Origin: an uncultured Candidatus Saccharibacteria bacterium | Lineage (GTDB): Bacteria; Patescibacteriota; JAQUNI01 | Length of the DNA stretch: 64,000 bases | NCBI GenBank assembly: GCA_964555185.1 | Contig: CAZKRD010000001.1 | Span: forward strand, 124,265-188,264 | Direction of reading: 5' to 3' | The notes under the pieces: model-generated | Database searches by the model: none | Seen by the model: the letters and a program-made list of their open reading frames with translations, nothing else | What the model was told of the DNA's origin: nothing | Shown here: positions 17,177-26,120 of the stretch, in pieces | Position numbering within the stretch: the first letter of the stretch is position 1 | Layout: the number at the start of each line of letters is the position of its first letter | Position numbers and translations under genes: made by a program

Positions 17177-19117
17177 ATGCCTAATCCAAAAAACAACAAA
17201 GCCAAAAAAGAGTCAAGGGGTAAGCCCATTTTAGAAATTGTTGGTCCTGGCGCGTCCTCCAGGCTGGGTTTAACCCAAGAAGAGAAGGTAAGAGTTCTTG
17301 AGGCGCAGAAAGATTATTTAGAAGGCATCGCCACAATCAGAGACTTAATCGCGCCAGCGGCGATGAAGATTGACTCCCGTTATGTGCAGATTGGAGACTA
17401 TTTTGCGCGCACTCTTTTTATCTTCACTTATCCGCGTTATCTGCATACCGATTGGTTCTCGCCCGTGATTAATATGGACGCGGTTTTTGATGTAGCGATG
17501 TTTGTTTATCCTCAAAGTTCAGCTTCAGTTTTAAAGCGCCTGACTAAAAGCGCGGCCCAAATTTCTTCCTCTATTTCAATGGAGCGGGAAAAAGGCAAGG
17601 TCAGAAGCCCGATGCTTGAGACCGCGCATAGGGATGTTGAGTCATTACGAGATGCCTTGCAGCAGGGTACAGAGCGATTATTTAAATTCGCTCTCTATAT
17701 AACCATTTATGGGACTTCCTTAAAACATCTCGACAAAAATACAAAAAGGGTGGAAGTCTTGCTGGGCACTCGCTTGATCTATGCTAAGCATGCTATTTTC
17801 CAAAGCGAGCAGGGATTTAACTCTACTCTGCCGCTTGCCAATGACGAGCTTTTTATTGTTAACAATTTGAATACTTCGCCTTTGTCCACCAGCTTCCCTT
17901 TTGTTTCTTATGAGCTTTCTTCTAATGAAGGAATTCTTTACGGTGTTAATCGCCATAATAACAGCTTGATTCTTTTTGACCGTTTTTCTTTGGAAAATGC
18001 TAATAGCGTGGTTTTTGGCAAATCAGGCGCGGGTAAGAGCTATGCGATTAAGCTTGAAATTTTGCGGAGCTTAATGTTGGGAACCGATGTTTTGGTGATT
18101 GATCCGGAGAATGAGTATAAGCACCTGGCCAGCGCGGTAGGGGGGGCCTTTTTGCAGATTTCTCTGTCCTCACCCCATCGGATTAATCCTTTTGATTTGA
18201 CCTTGGTCTCGCGCGCATCCAAGCCCGAGGACATTTTAAGAGAGGCAGTGATAAGTCTAAAGGGGCTTTTGAGATTAATTTTAAGCGGAGTTAGTCCAGA
18301 GGAAGACGCACTTTTAGATGAAGCGGTGATGCAGACCTATGCTTCCAAAGGGATTACCCCTGAAACTTCCTGGGAGGGCCGGGCAATGCCCACGATGGAT
18401 GACTTTGAACGGATCCTGCAGAGTATGGAAGGGACCGACAGTATGGTCCAGATTTTAAGCAAGTTTACCAAAGGAACCTTTGCCGGCATCTTTAATCAGC
18501 CGACTAATCTTACTATGGATAGGCAGTTCGTGGTTTTCAGTATTCGTGATTTGGAGGATGAGCTCCGGCCGATCGGGATGTATGTGGTTTTAAATTACAT
18601 TTGGAATATCGTTCGCGCGGAATTAAAGAGAAGGGTTTTGGTGGTGGACGAGGCCTGGTGGATGATGGAGCACGAGGACTCGGCCCAGTTCCTGTTTTCA
18701 ATCGCGAAAAGGGCGCGCAAGTATTATTTAGGATTGACTACGATCAGCCAGGATGTTAATGACTTCTTGGCTTCTCGCCACGGCCAGGCGATCGTGACCA
18801 ACTCTTCAATTCAGCTCCTTCTGCGCCAGTCTCCGGCCTCGATTGATCTAGTCGCTTCCGTTTTTCACCTCACCCAGGAGGAAAAGTATCTGCTTTTGGC
18901 TTCGGACGTGGGAGAGGGAATTTTCTTCGCCGGCAATAAGCACGTGGCGATCAAGATTGTCGCTTCTTATTCTGAAGACCAGATCATTACCTCTGATCCC
19001 AAGCAGCTGATTGAGATCGCGAAAGCGAAAGAGGAGTTTGCGAGAGTGAACAATCAAGAAAACGAGGCAGCGGAAGAGAGAGACGATTCAGAGCAAGGGG
19101 CAAGTAACACTATTTGA
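17177..19117 (+). CDS. virB4: VirB4/TraC/CagE-family T4SS ATPase (646 aa)
   Basis: LIAPAAMKIDSRYVQIGDYFARTLFIFTYPRY... then YGVNRHNNSLILFDRFSLENANSVVFGKSGAGKSYAIK (Walker A), VLVIDPENEYKHLASAVGG, and VLVVDEAWWMM (Walker B, DEAW). Confidence 0.85.
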   Translation: MPNPKNNKAKKESRGKPILEIVGPGASSRLGLTQEEKVRVLEAQKDYLEGIATIRDLIAPAAMKIDSRYVQIGDYFARTLFIFTYPRYLHTDWFSPVINMDAVFDVAMFVYPQSSASVLKRLTKSAAQISSSISMEREKGKVRSPMLETAHRDVESLRDALQQGTERLFKFALYITIYGTSLKHLDKNTKRVEVLLGTRLIYAKHAIFQSEQGFNSTLPLANDELFIVNNLNTSPLSTSFPFVSYELSSNEGILYGVNRHNNSLILFDRFSLENANSVVFGKSGAGKSYAIKLEILRSLMLGTDVLVIDPENEYKHLASAVGGAFLQISLSSPHRINPFDLTLVSRASKPEDILREAVISLKGLLRLILSGVSPEEDALLDEAVMQTYASKGITPETSWEGRAMPTMDDFERILQSMEGTDSMVQILSKFTKGTFAGIFNQPTNLTMDRQFVVFSIRDLEDELRPIGMYVVLNYIWNIVRAELKRRVLVVDEAWWMMEHEDSAQFLFSIAKRARKYYLGLTTISQDVNDFLASRHGQAIVTNSSIQLLLRQSPASIDLVASVFHLTQEEKYLLLASDVGEGIFFAGNKHVAIKIVASYSEDQIITSDPKQLIEIAKAKEEFARVNNQENEAAEERDDSEQGASNTI

Positions 19118-19173
19118 TTAAAAGTAAAACCGTTGCCAAGGTAGGGTAGAAGTGGACTAATTCTACACTTACC

Positions 19174-19788
19174 TTGCCGGTGGTTAATAAAATTATGTTT
19201 TACAGCAATAAAAAAACAATCGTGATTTCCCTGATCCTTTGTTTGGGTCTAATCGTGATGACGGGCTTGGGCTGTAAGAGAAGCGGAGAAAAGGAAGATC
19301 TAGAGATCCTCGAACCTGAACTTGAAACTCCCTCTCTTGAAGCTCCGGTCCCGGGAACGCCTTCCCTGCCTACATCCGAGGTTCCAGGTTCAGAGAAAAC
19401 AAGCATCACCGAAAGAAAACTAAAGTCTTTGGCCGAGGATTTTGCCGCGGTTTGGGGCACTTATTCTTCGGAAAGCAATTGTCAGAATATTAGGGAGCTT
19501 CTGGATTATATGACCGCGGATTTTCGCGAGAATATGGAGGACTATCTTGAATATGAATGCACGGGAGAGATAGGAGGCGCTGACTTCACATGGGAGACAG
19601 AAGTTTTAGATAGTGTAATTTTAAATAACGACGTTACAGAGGCTGATATCCTGGTGGTGACCAGGCGCTGGAGAGATGGTGACTATGTGATAAGTTCTTA
19701 TTCTAATCTAATTCTGGATTTGAGAGTGGAAACAAACGCTCAAGGCGAGGATGAATGGAAGATTGATTATGCCTATTGGGCAGAGTGA
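19174..19788 (+). CDS. Hypothetical lipoprotein
   Basis: LILCLGLIVMTGLGCKRSGEKE (signal plus lipobox), followed by an acidic secreted domain. Confidence 0.55.
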   Translation: MPVVNKIMFYSNKKTIVISLILCLGLIVMTGLGCKRSGEKEDLEILEPELETPSLEAPVPGTPSLPTSEVPGSEKTSITERKLKSLAEDFAAVWGTYSSESNCQNIRELLDYMTADFRENMEDYLEYECTGEIGGADFTWETEVLDSVILNNDVTEADILVVTRRWRDGDYVISSYSNLILDLRVETNAQGEDEWKIDYAYWAE

Positions 19789-19794
19789 CTGATA

Positions 19795-19862
19795 ATTTAA
19801 AGTTCAAAGTTCAAAGTGACACTTCAAGTGTCATCCTGAAGGCGCTTTAGCGCCGAAGGATC
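19795..19862. terminator. Paired hairpins after the lipoprotein gene (family-B variant)
   Basis: 'aagttcaaagttcaaagtgacacttcaagtgtcat' + 'ggcgctttagcgcc'. Confidence 0.4.
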
Positions 19863-19910
19863 CCGTGAATATTCCTTGGGGCTCTTCATTATTCGTTTCA
19901 GGACAGAAGA

Positions 19911-20825
19911 TTGAATTTTGACTTTCGAAATATGGCCGCAAAACAAAGCAAAAAAGTAAAACCAGGAGATGAGGCTTCTTTCGATGTTAGACCTGGCCGT
20001 AAGAGTAAAAAGCCCGAGGAAGAGCTAGAGGCAATAGAGGGGGCGATAGAACTGACTCCATATGAAACCAAAACGGCAACTTTCAAGAAAGATAATATTA
20101 GAAGAAAAGGCAAAGCAAGACAGGAACAGGATTTTCAAGAACAATGGGAACAGCTGAAAGCGCAAAGGAGGATGATCCGGCCCCGAAGAACAGTCTCCAG
20201 AGGAGCAACAGAGTATGCTCGCCGTAAAAGAGAAAGAGAAGAAAGGACCAGGTTGAGAGAGAGAGGATACAAACCTTCTTTGGGACGGGAGATAGGGAAG
20301 GCGGGAGGAGAGAGACTTGGACAAACCGTTCCAGATGAAGAGGAAGAAAGGGAGGCGCCGCAAGAGCAAGAGGCGCAGAGAGAGCCGCAAAGAGAGGAAG
20401 AAAGGGAGACAAGAGAGGATCGTTTCCAAAAAGAGCTGCGTAAAAGAATGGGAGAGAGAGCAAAGGAGAAGGTCAAACAGAAGGTCAAACAGAAAGTGAA
20501 AGGACGGGCTAAACAGGAAGTAAAGAAAGTAGCGAAGAAAGCGGCCAAAGAAACAGCAAAGAAAGCAGCAAAAGCAGCAAGTAAGGCGCTTAAAAAGGCT
20601 GCCGCAGCAGCAATCAAAAAATTGGTTTCTCAAGTGATTGCTGGGATAGTTGCCCTTATTGGTGCGATCGGCTGGGTTGGCGTTCTCATTATTTTGGCTA
20701 TCTTAGTGATTATTATGGTTTTGGCCTATATCTATAGTTTTTGTAATGATAGCGCTCTAAATCATATTTTATGCAAGGTTTTGGGGTTTGGCGATGAACT
20801 CGATCAAATTATTCCCGCTAAATAA
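19911..20825 (+). CDS. Highly charged (K/E/R-rich) protein with C-terminal transmembrane anchor
   Basis: 304 aa. Repetitive charged region (KEKVKQKVKQKVKGRAKQEVKKVAKKAAKETAKKAAKAASKALKK), then IAGIVALIGAIGWVGVLIILAILVIIMVLAYIY. The overlapping minus-strand ORFs are low-complexity artefacts. Confidence 0.5.
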   Translation: MNFDFRNMAAKQSKKVKPGDEASFDVRPGRKSKKPEEELEAIEGAIELTPYETKTATFKKDNIRRKGKARQEQDFQEQWEQLKAQRRMIRPRRTVSRGATEYARRKREREERTRLRERGYKPSLGREIGKAGGERLGQTVPDEEEEREAPQEQEAQREPQREEERETREDRFQKELRKRMGERAKEKVKQKVKQKVKGRAKQEVKKVAKKAAKETAKKAAKAASKALKKAAAAAIKKLVSQVIAGIVALIGAIGWVGVLIILAILVIIMVLAYIYSFCNDSALNHILCKVLGFGDELDQIIPAK

Positions 20826-20837
20826 AGGAAGAGTATT

Positions 20838-22076
20838 ATGAAAAAAACTTTTTTTTTGATAGTTTGTTTAGCGCTTTTATTAGCCCCTGGAATTATTAGA
20901 GCAAGTGAGAATGATTGCCAGGGGACCTGGGTTAAGGTGCCAATCCCAATTGTTTTTGACCCAGAGATTAGAAGTCCAGGTGGTGGCGATGAAAAATTGA
21001 GCGTAATTACGCAAAATGGCCGCTGTATCCCCAACCCGGCGATTTTGATGTTTATGCTTTTTTACCTTGCTTTGGTTTTCATGGCTTTGGTCGCGATTTT
21101 TATGATCACGCTCGGCGGGTATAATTATCTTACTGCCTTTGGCAATGCCGAACGCGCCAAAGGGGGCAAGTCAATGATACTCGCCGCGATCGGCGGCTTG
21201 GTCGTAGGGCTTTTATCTTATGTGCTTTTGAATTTTATCAATCCGGATTTAACCAGTTTTGATTGGAGCACTAATAAGCTTAGTCAGGAAATAGGGAAAT
21301 CAATGGAAAAGATCGCGGAAGAAGAGAAGAAAGAGGAAAATTTATGCCCTAATAAAGCAGGGCCTTGTTATAAGAAGCCGATAGACGAAACTTGTGAAGT
21401 CAGTGGTGAAATTGGTTATTGTCGGATGAATGTTAATGTCAAAATGTGTACATGTGATGCTGATGAATGCGCTGATAACTGCGCTGGTGGTGATCTTAAG
21501 TGCGTAGGCAAGAAGTGTAAGGATGAGGATGAGGATGCTCAGATTTCTGATGGTCAGTGCCTGCTTAGTTCTGGATCTGCAATCTGCATGGACATTGAAG
21601 GTGCCTGTGGGAATGATTGCGGCGAAACCGGTAGCGCGTACTGGCAAGGTGATCTTAATTGTTGGGGAGGTTATGACTGCGATGTTGACGGGGTTTCCGG
21701 TCTTTGTTTAGGAGGCGATAGTTACAGCGGAGCAGGGAAGGAGTTATGTTTGTCTTGGGAAGATGTATGTGAGCAGGGTGAGTGTGGTGATAGTTATTCA
21801 GGCGAGACCGCCCAGAAAGTGGAAGATGAGTGTCATACGAATTATACATGTGATAATGAAAATGGAGCTTGTTTTAATGGCAGCTGTTGGCCGGGCTCTC
21901 CGTATGGGCTTGAGCCTTGCAGTAATGCTTGTGATGCTTGCCTCTATGACAGGGCAGGGAGTGGCCAGAAATTCGGGATATGTAAAGAGATTTATTCTGA
22001 TACCTTCCAATGCACATCTTACGAAGACGCTTTTCCATGTAGTGGTCTTCCTGATATTTCAGATCCAATAGATTAG
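20838..22076 (+). CDS. VirB2/TrbC-like double-TM N-terminal region fused to a ~240-aa domain with 37 cysteines
   Basis: Signal peptide (FFLIVCLALLLAPGIIRA). Two hydrophobic helices separated by a short polar loop (ILMFMLFYLALVFMALVAIFMITLGG-YNYLTAFGNAERAKGGKSM-ILAAIGGLVVGLLSYVLLNFINP), which is pilin-like topology. The C-terminal region has 37 Cys (CTCDADECADNCAGGDLKCVGKKCKDEDED...). Confidence 0.45.
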   Translation: MKKTFFLIVCLALLLAPGIIRASENDCQGTWVKVPIPIVFDPEIRSPGGGDEKLSVITQNGRCIPNPAILMFMLFYLALVFMALVAIFMITLGGYNYLTAFGNAERAKGGKSMILAAIGGLVVGLLSYVLLNFINPDLTSFDWSTNKLSQEIGKSMEKIAEEEKKEENLCPNKAGPCYKKPIDETCEVSGEIGYCRMNVNVKMCTCDADECADNCAGGDLKCVGKKCKDEDEDAQISDGQCLLSSGSAICMDIEGACGNDCGETGSAYWQGDLNCWGGYDCDVDGVSGLCLGGDSYSGAGKELCLSWEDVCEQGECGDSYSGETAQKVEDECHTNYTCDNENGACFNGSCWPGSPYGLEPCSNACDACLYDRAGSGQKFGICKEIYSDTFQCTSYEDAFPCSGLPDISDPID

Positions 22077-22084
22077 TTCTTATT

Positions 22085-22215
22085 TTGTACTTCAACTTTT
22101 AACTTGTATTTTTGCCTGCCCGCCGAAGCCTTGGCGTAGACGGGCCTGCCCACAACGCTTCACTTGCGAGGCGGGTGGGAGATTTAACTTTTAACTTTGC
22201 ACTTTTAACTTTTAA
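22085..22215. repeat. Family-B repeat (GC hairpin plus AACTTTTAACTTT periodic tract) between the Cys-rich pilin-like gene and the PD40 gene
   Basis: 'acttcaacttttaacttg...gcctgcccgccgaagccttggcgtagacgggcctgccc...gcgaggcgggtgggagatttaacttttaactttgcacttttaacttttaacttttc'. Confidence 0.7.
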
Positions 22216-22224
22216 CTTTTCTCC

Positions 22225-23349
22225 GTGTCCCGCAAAATTTTTTTTATCATTGTTATTATTTTGATTCTAATCATTGCAGGCGCTCTGCTCTATCTTTTTA
22301 TTTTCTCTGAAAAAACGCCAGAACCGCCCCCGAGCTCTCCTCCTTCCCTCCCTATTTCTGACACAACGCCCAGTACGACCAATGTGCCGGTTGCCGTGCC
22401 GGAGGTAGCAAAAGTTACGCAAGTGATTGAAAATCGGGTTTTAAGCTTTGCCTTAAAGGGTAATGAAATGATCTATTATGATCAGGATCTAGGCGCTTTT
22501 TTTAAGATGGGTCAAAGAGGATTAACCCCTGAAAGCTACAGCGCCTCTCGCTTTAGCAATGTAGAGGAAGTGATTTGGTCGCCGGATAAAAGCGAGGCGA
22601 TTATGGTTTTTACAGACGGTGATTATTATCATTTTGATATTGCATCCAATCAGTCAGAGAAGTTAATGCCGAATATTGATCAGCTTTCTTGGCTCCCTGA
22701 TGGAAAAAAGATTGTTTTCGAGTGGCGTGAGAGAGAGAATGAGCCGCGGTTGATTATTAGCGAACCCAACGGTGATGACTGGGAAAAGATTAAGGATTTG
22801 GGTTATGCCAAGATCCTTTTAACAGCCTCTCCAGAGTTTGGCGGCCCGGTTGTTTATCTGCAGAATTATTCTTACGGCGCGGGCCGCAATATCTATCCGG
22901 TTTATGAGGATGGTTCAGCCGGAGAGGTCAATCAGATTGAAGGTTACGGCGAGAAAGCAAAATGGAGTCGAGACGGCCGCCGGATTCTTTTTGAGGCTGT
23001 AGATTCAGAGGATTTTGAACAGTATCTCTGGGTGGTTGATGTTACGGGCACAAATCAGTATAATTTAGGGGTCAAGGGTTTTATTGAGAAATGCGTTTGG
23101 AATAAGACCAATAAGAAACTCTTCTGTGCCGTGCCTTCTGAAGCGTTAGAATTCGGGACTTTGGTTACGGATGAAAGCATTGATAATTTTTGGGAGATTA
23201 ATACCAAAACCGGAGAAAAGAGCAAGCTCTATGACGAATCAGAATCAGACACCAAATTTGACGCTGATAACCTTTGGCTCAATGGCAATGAAGACAGGCT
23301 CTATTTTACGGATGAGAATGGAGGGGTTTATGTATTAAGGTTAGATTGA
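22225..23349 (+). CDS. Membrane-anchored TolB-like (PD40) beta-propeller repeat protein
   Basis: GTG start. N-terminal TM (IFFIIVIILILIIAGALLYLFIF), a Pro-rich linker, then repeats WSPDKSEAIMVF / WLPDGKKIVFEW / WSRDGRRILFEA typical of PD40 blades. Confidence 0.6.
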   Translation: MSRKIFFIIVIILILIIAGALLYLFIFSEKTPEPPPSSPPSLPISDTTPSTTNVPVAVPEVAKVTQVIENRVLSFALKGNEMIYYDQDLGAFFKMGQRGLTPESYSASRFSNVEEVIWSPDKSEAIMVFTDGDYYHFDIASNQSEKLMPNIDQLSWLPDGKKIVFEWRERENEPRLIISEPNGDDWEKIKDLGYAKILLTASPEFGGPVVYLQNYSYGAGRNIYPVYEDGSAGEVNQIEGYGEKAKWSRDGRRILFEAVDSEDFEQYLWVVDVTGTNQYNLGVKGFIEKCVWNKTNKKLFCAVPSEALEFGTLVTDESIDNFWEINTKTGEKSKLYDESESDTKFDADNLWLNGNEDRLYFTDENGGVYVLRLD

Positions 23350-23429
23350 GAAATTGGGGGTAGATAATTTCCAATTTCCAATTATTTAGGTCGCGTTAAG
23401 AGGTCGAACAAGATTCATTTAATACAGCC

Positions 23430-24272
23430 ATGGAAAAACTCGGTCGTTTTGAAAAAATAATTATTCTAATCCTTATCCTGATCGCGATTTCAGGTGTTTT
23501 GATTTTTTTTCGGAAAACAAGAGATCGTGAGCTTGCTTTTTTGAAAATAGAGGCACAAAGCAAAGACGCTTCCTTTAGAGAAGAGAGTAATCCTGTTGGT
23601 GGTAATGTAGAAGAAGGAATCTTTGCTTATGACGAGATGGGGCTTAAGAGCCAATCAAGAGAAGGTGATTATCTTGCAAAGGAAAAGGACTCCTCTCTGG
23701 AAGAAGAGTTTGGAACAGAAAATCCACAATCAATGGTCGCGAGCACTCATTCCTTGAGTTTGGCAACAGAGGATGATCCTGCTTGGGGCCCGGAGAACGC
23801 CCAAGTCGTGATTGTCGAGTTTTCTGATTTTTTGTGTCCGTATTGCGCTGAATTTTCTTTAAAGATTTTGCCTCAAATAAGATCTCAATACGGCAGTAGA
23901 GTAAGATTTGTTTTTAAAGATTTGCCGGTTGAGTCCCTGCATCCTGGCTCGGGCAAGGTGCACGAAGCAGGGGAATGCGCGCATGAGCAGGGCCGCTTCT
24001 GGCAGATGCACGATTTGATTTTTGCTAATAATGCCGCTTTATCTGAAAGCAAACTCGCGGCTTTGGCCGAGGCGGCTGGCTTGGATACAGATGCCTTTAA
24101 TCTTTGTTTAGAAAGTGGTCAGAAGATGGTGGAAGTTGCAGGCGACCTAGAGAGCGGTTTCAGCGCGGGCATCCAAGTAACACCGACTTTGTTTATTAAT
24201 GACCGCAAAATTGAGGGAGCGGTTTCGTTTGTAGAGATCAGCAGAGTTATTGAGGAGGAATTGGCTTACTAG
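23430..24272 (+). CDS. dsbA: Thiol:disulfide oxidoreductase, DsbA family (membrane-anchored)
   Basis: N-terminal TM, then VIVEFSDFLCPYCAEF (CPYC active site) in a thioredoxin fold (...IQVTPTLFINDRKIEG). Confidence 0.8.
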   Translation: MEKLGRFEKIIILILILIAISGVLIFFRKTRDRELAFLKIEAQSKDASFREESNPVGGNVEEGIFAYDEMGLKSQSREGDYLAKEKDSSLEEEFGTENPQSMVASTHSLSLATEDDPAWGPENAQVVIVEFSDFLCPYCAEFSLKILPQIRSQYGSRVRFVFKDLPVESLHPGSGKVHEAGECAHEQGRFWQMHDLIFANNAALSESKLAALAEAAGLDTDAFNLCLESGQKMVEVAGDLESGFSAGIQVTPTLFINDRKIEGAVSFVEISRVIEEELAY

Positions 24273-24277
24273 TGTAA

Positions 24278-25639
24278 TTGATAATTTTTTTACGATCAAT
24301 GTCAAAATTAAAAACTGTTTATATCTGCAGCAAGTGCGGCTCTGACTTTCCTGCCTGGCAGGGCAAGTGCGGTATGTGCGGAGAGTGGAATAGTTTGGTT
24401 GCCGAGGTAACAGCGGGCAAGAAGGAGACTAAATCCGCGGTAGCAGCAGGGGAGATTGAAAGCTTGAGCGATATCCAGGGCACGGATTTTTCCCGGATCT
24501 CAACCGGAATTTCAGAGTTTAATCGCGTTCTAGGCGGAGGGATCGTTTCAGGATCCCTTGTTTTATTAGGCGGCGAACCCGGGATCGGCAAGTCCACTTT
24601 AGTTTTGCAGACAGCGGATAATTTGAGTCGGGGAAAGATAAGGGTCTTGTATGTTTCCGGCGAAGAATCAGCTTCTCAAATCAAACTGCGCGCCGAGCGG
24701 CTTAATTTGAGTTTGCAAAATTTGGATTTTTTGAGTGAACGGAATATTGACGTGGTCGTCGCGACGATCGAGAAGTTAAAGCCAAAGCTTGTGATTATTG
24801 ATTCGATTCAGACCGTTTTTTCAGATGAGTTTCCTTCCGAAGCCGGGAGCGTGACCCAGGTCCGTTTATGCACCCAAAAACTTCAGGAGACAGCCAAGAG
24901 CATGGATATTTCTATTTTTTTGATCGGTCATGTGACTAAAGAAGGGAATGTGGCCGGCCCGAAAACTTTAGAACACCTGGTTGATACCGTGCTCTATTTA
25001 GAAGGAGAACGTTATCACACTTTCCGTCTTTTGCGCGGAATCAAGAACCGTTTTGGCGCGACCGACGAAACCGGTGTTTTAGAGATGACTCAAAAAGGAC
25101 TTTTAGAAGTCAAGAATCCCTCCGAGCTTTTCTTGGAAGAGCGCAAATTAAATCTCCCGGGTTCCTGCGTCACCGCGACAATCGAAGGGATGCGCGCTTT
25201 TTTGGTGGAAGTGCAGGCCTTGTGTTCAACCACGGTTTTTGGCTATCCCAAAAGGACTGCTTCGGGTTTGAGCTTGAACCGGCTGCAGTTGATCGTCGCG
25301 GTTTTAAAAAAGAGAGCGCGCCTGCGTCTTGCTAATCAAGATATTTATGTCAGCGTAGCGGGCGGCTTTCGGGTGGCAGAACCAGCAATTGATTTAGTTT
25401 TGGCCCTGGCTATTTTTTCGGCATTTTCTGATAAACCCCTAGACCCTAGCTTAGTTGCTTTGGGCGAGATTGGTCTCTCTGGTGAATTGCGCCGGGTTAG
25501 TCAAATTGAGAAGAGAGTGAGAGAGGCAAAGAATTTAGGGTTTAAAAAAATAATCCTGCCCGAAGGAAGCAAGATTAAAGAAACAGGTTTAGAAATAATC
25601 AGAGCGAGCACAATCAAAGAGGCGATTGCAAAAGTTTAA
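24278..25639 (+). CDS. radA: DNA repair protein RadA/Sms
   Basis: Zinc finger CSKCGSDFPAWQGKCGMCGEWNS, Walker A GGEPGIGKSTL, the KNRFG motif, and a Lon-like C-terminal domain. The likely true start is the internal ATG at MSKLKT. Confidence 0.95.
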   Translation: MIIFLRSMSKLKTVYICSKCGSDFPAWQGKCGMCGEWNSLVAEVTAGKKETKSAVAAGEIESLSDIQGTDFSRISTGISEFNRVLGGGIVSGSLVLLGGEPGIGKSTLVLQTADNLSRGKIRVLYVSGEESASQIKLRAERLNLSLQNLDFLSERNIDVVVATIEKLKPKLVIIDSIQTVFSDEFPSEAGSVTQVRLCTQKLQETAKSMDISIFLIGHVTKEGNVAGPKTLEHLVDTVLYLEGERYHTFRLLRGIKNRFGATDETGVLEMTQKGLLEVKNPSELFLEERKLNLPGSCVTATIEGMRAFLVEVQALCSTTVFGYPKRTASGLSLNRLQLIVAVLKKRARLRLANQDIYVSVAGGFRVAEPAIDLVLALAIFSAFSDKPLDPSLVALGEIGLSGELRRVSQIEKRVREAKNLGFKKIILPEGSKIKETGLEIIRASTIKEAIAKV

Positions 25640-25641
25640 CT

Positions 25642-25764
25642 GTCATTGCGAGGGAGCCCGCCCTTCAGGGCGAGGCGACCGAAGCAATCTCGTGAAACTA
25701 GATATTACTGCTTGACTTGACGAGATTGCTTCGTCATTCGCTTCACTCATTCCTCGCAATGACA
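25642..25764. repeat. Family-A IR miniature element without cargo
   Basis: 'gtcattgcgagggagcccgcccttcagggcgaggcgaccgaagcaatctc' ... inverted 'gagattgcttcgtcattcgcttcactcattcctcgcaatgacat'. Confidence 0.6.
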
Positions 25765-26120
25765 TTTTATTTTTTTAGAATAAAAAATGCCATACTCTTA
25801 GTGTATCTTCTGTTATCGAGTATGGCATATGGCAGGGAGCTGGGAGTTACTTCTCAAATTCCATCGAGTTTAGCCGGACACAGTAACTCTCTGCCTCACT
25901 ATGGCCAACTCTTGCAATAGAAGGACAAGACCCGTAGCTTCTGTCGATGTCTGTCTCCCTAAGATCGTTCCAGGTGATATCACCCCCGTTTCCGTCGGTG
26001 ATTTTCGATTTTTTCGTCACTCCCTCTAGGGGAATCACTTGCCACGTATTAACCATTTTACATTCTCCTCAATATTTAATAAATCTTTAAAATCCAGTGA
26101 TTTAGAGAACATTAAATGGC

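Noticed and set aside
20025-20633. Long minus-strand ORFs (202, 160, 121 aa) overlapping the K/E-rich gene
   Set aside because: They are the reverse complement of a purine-rich low-complexity coding region (Leu/Phe/Ser-rich nonsense) with no start context. Artefacts of the charged repeat.
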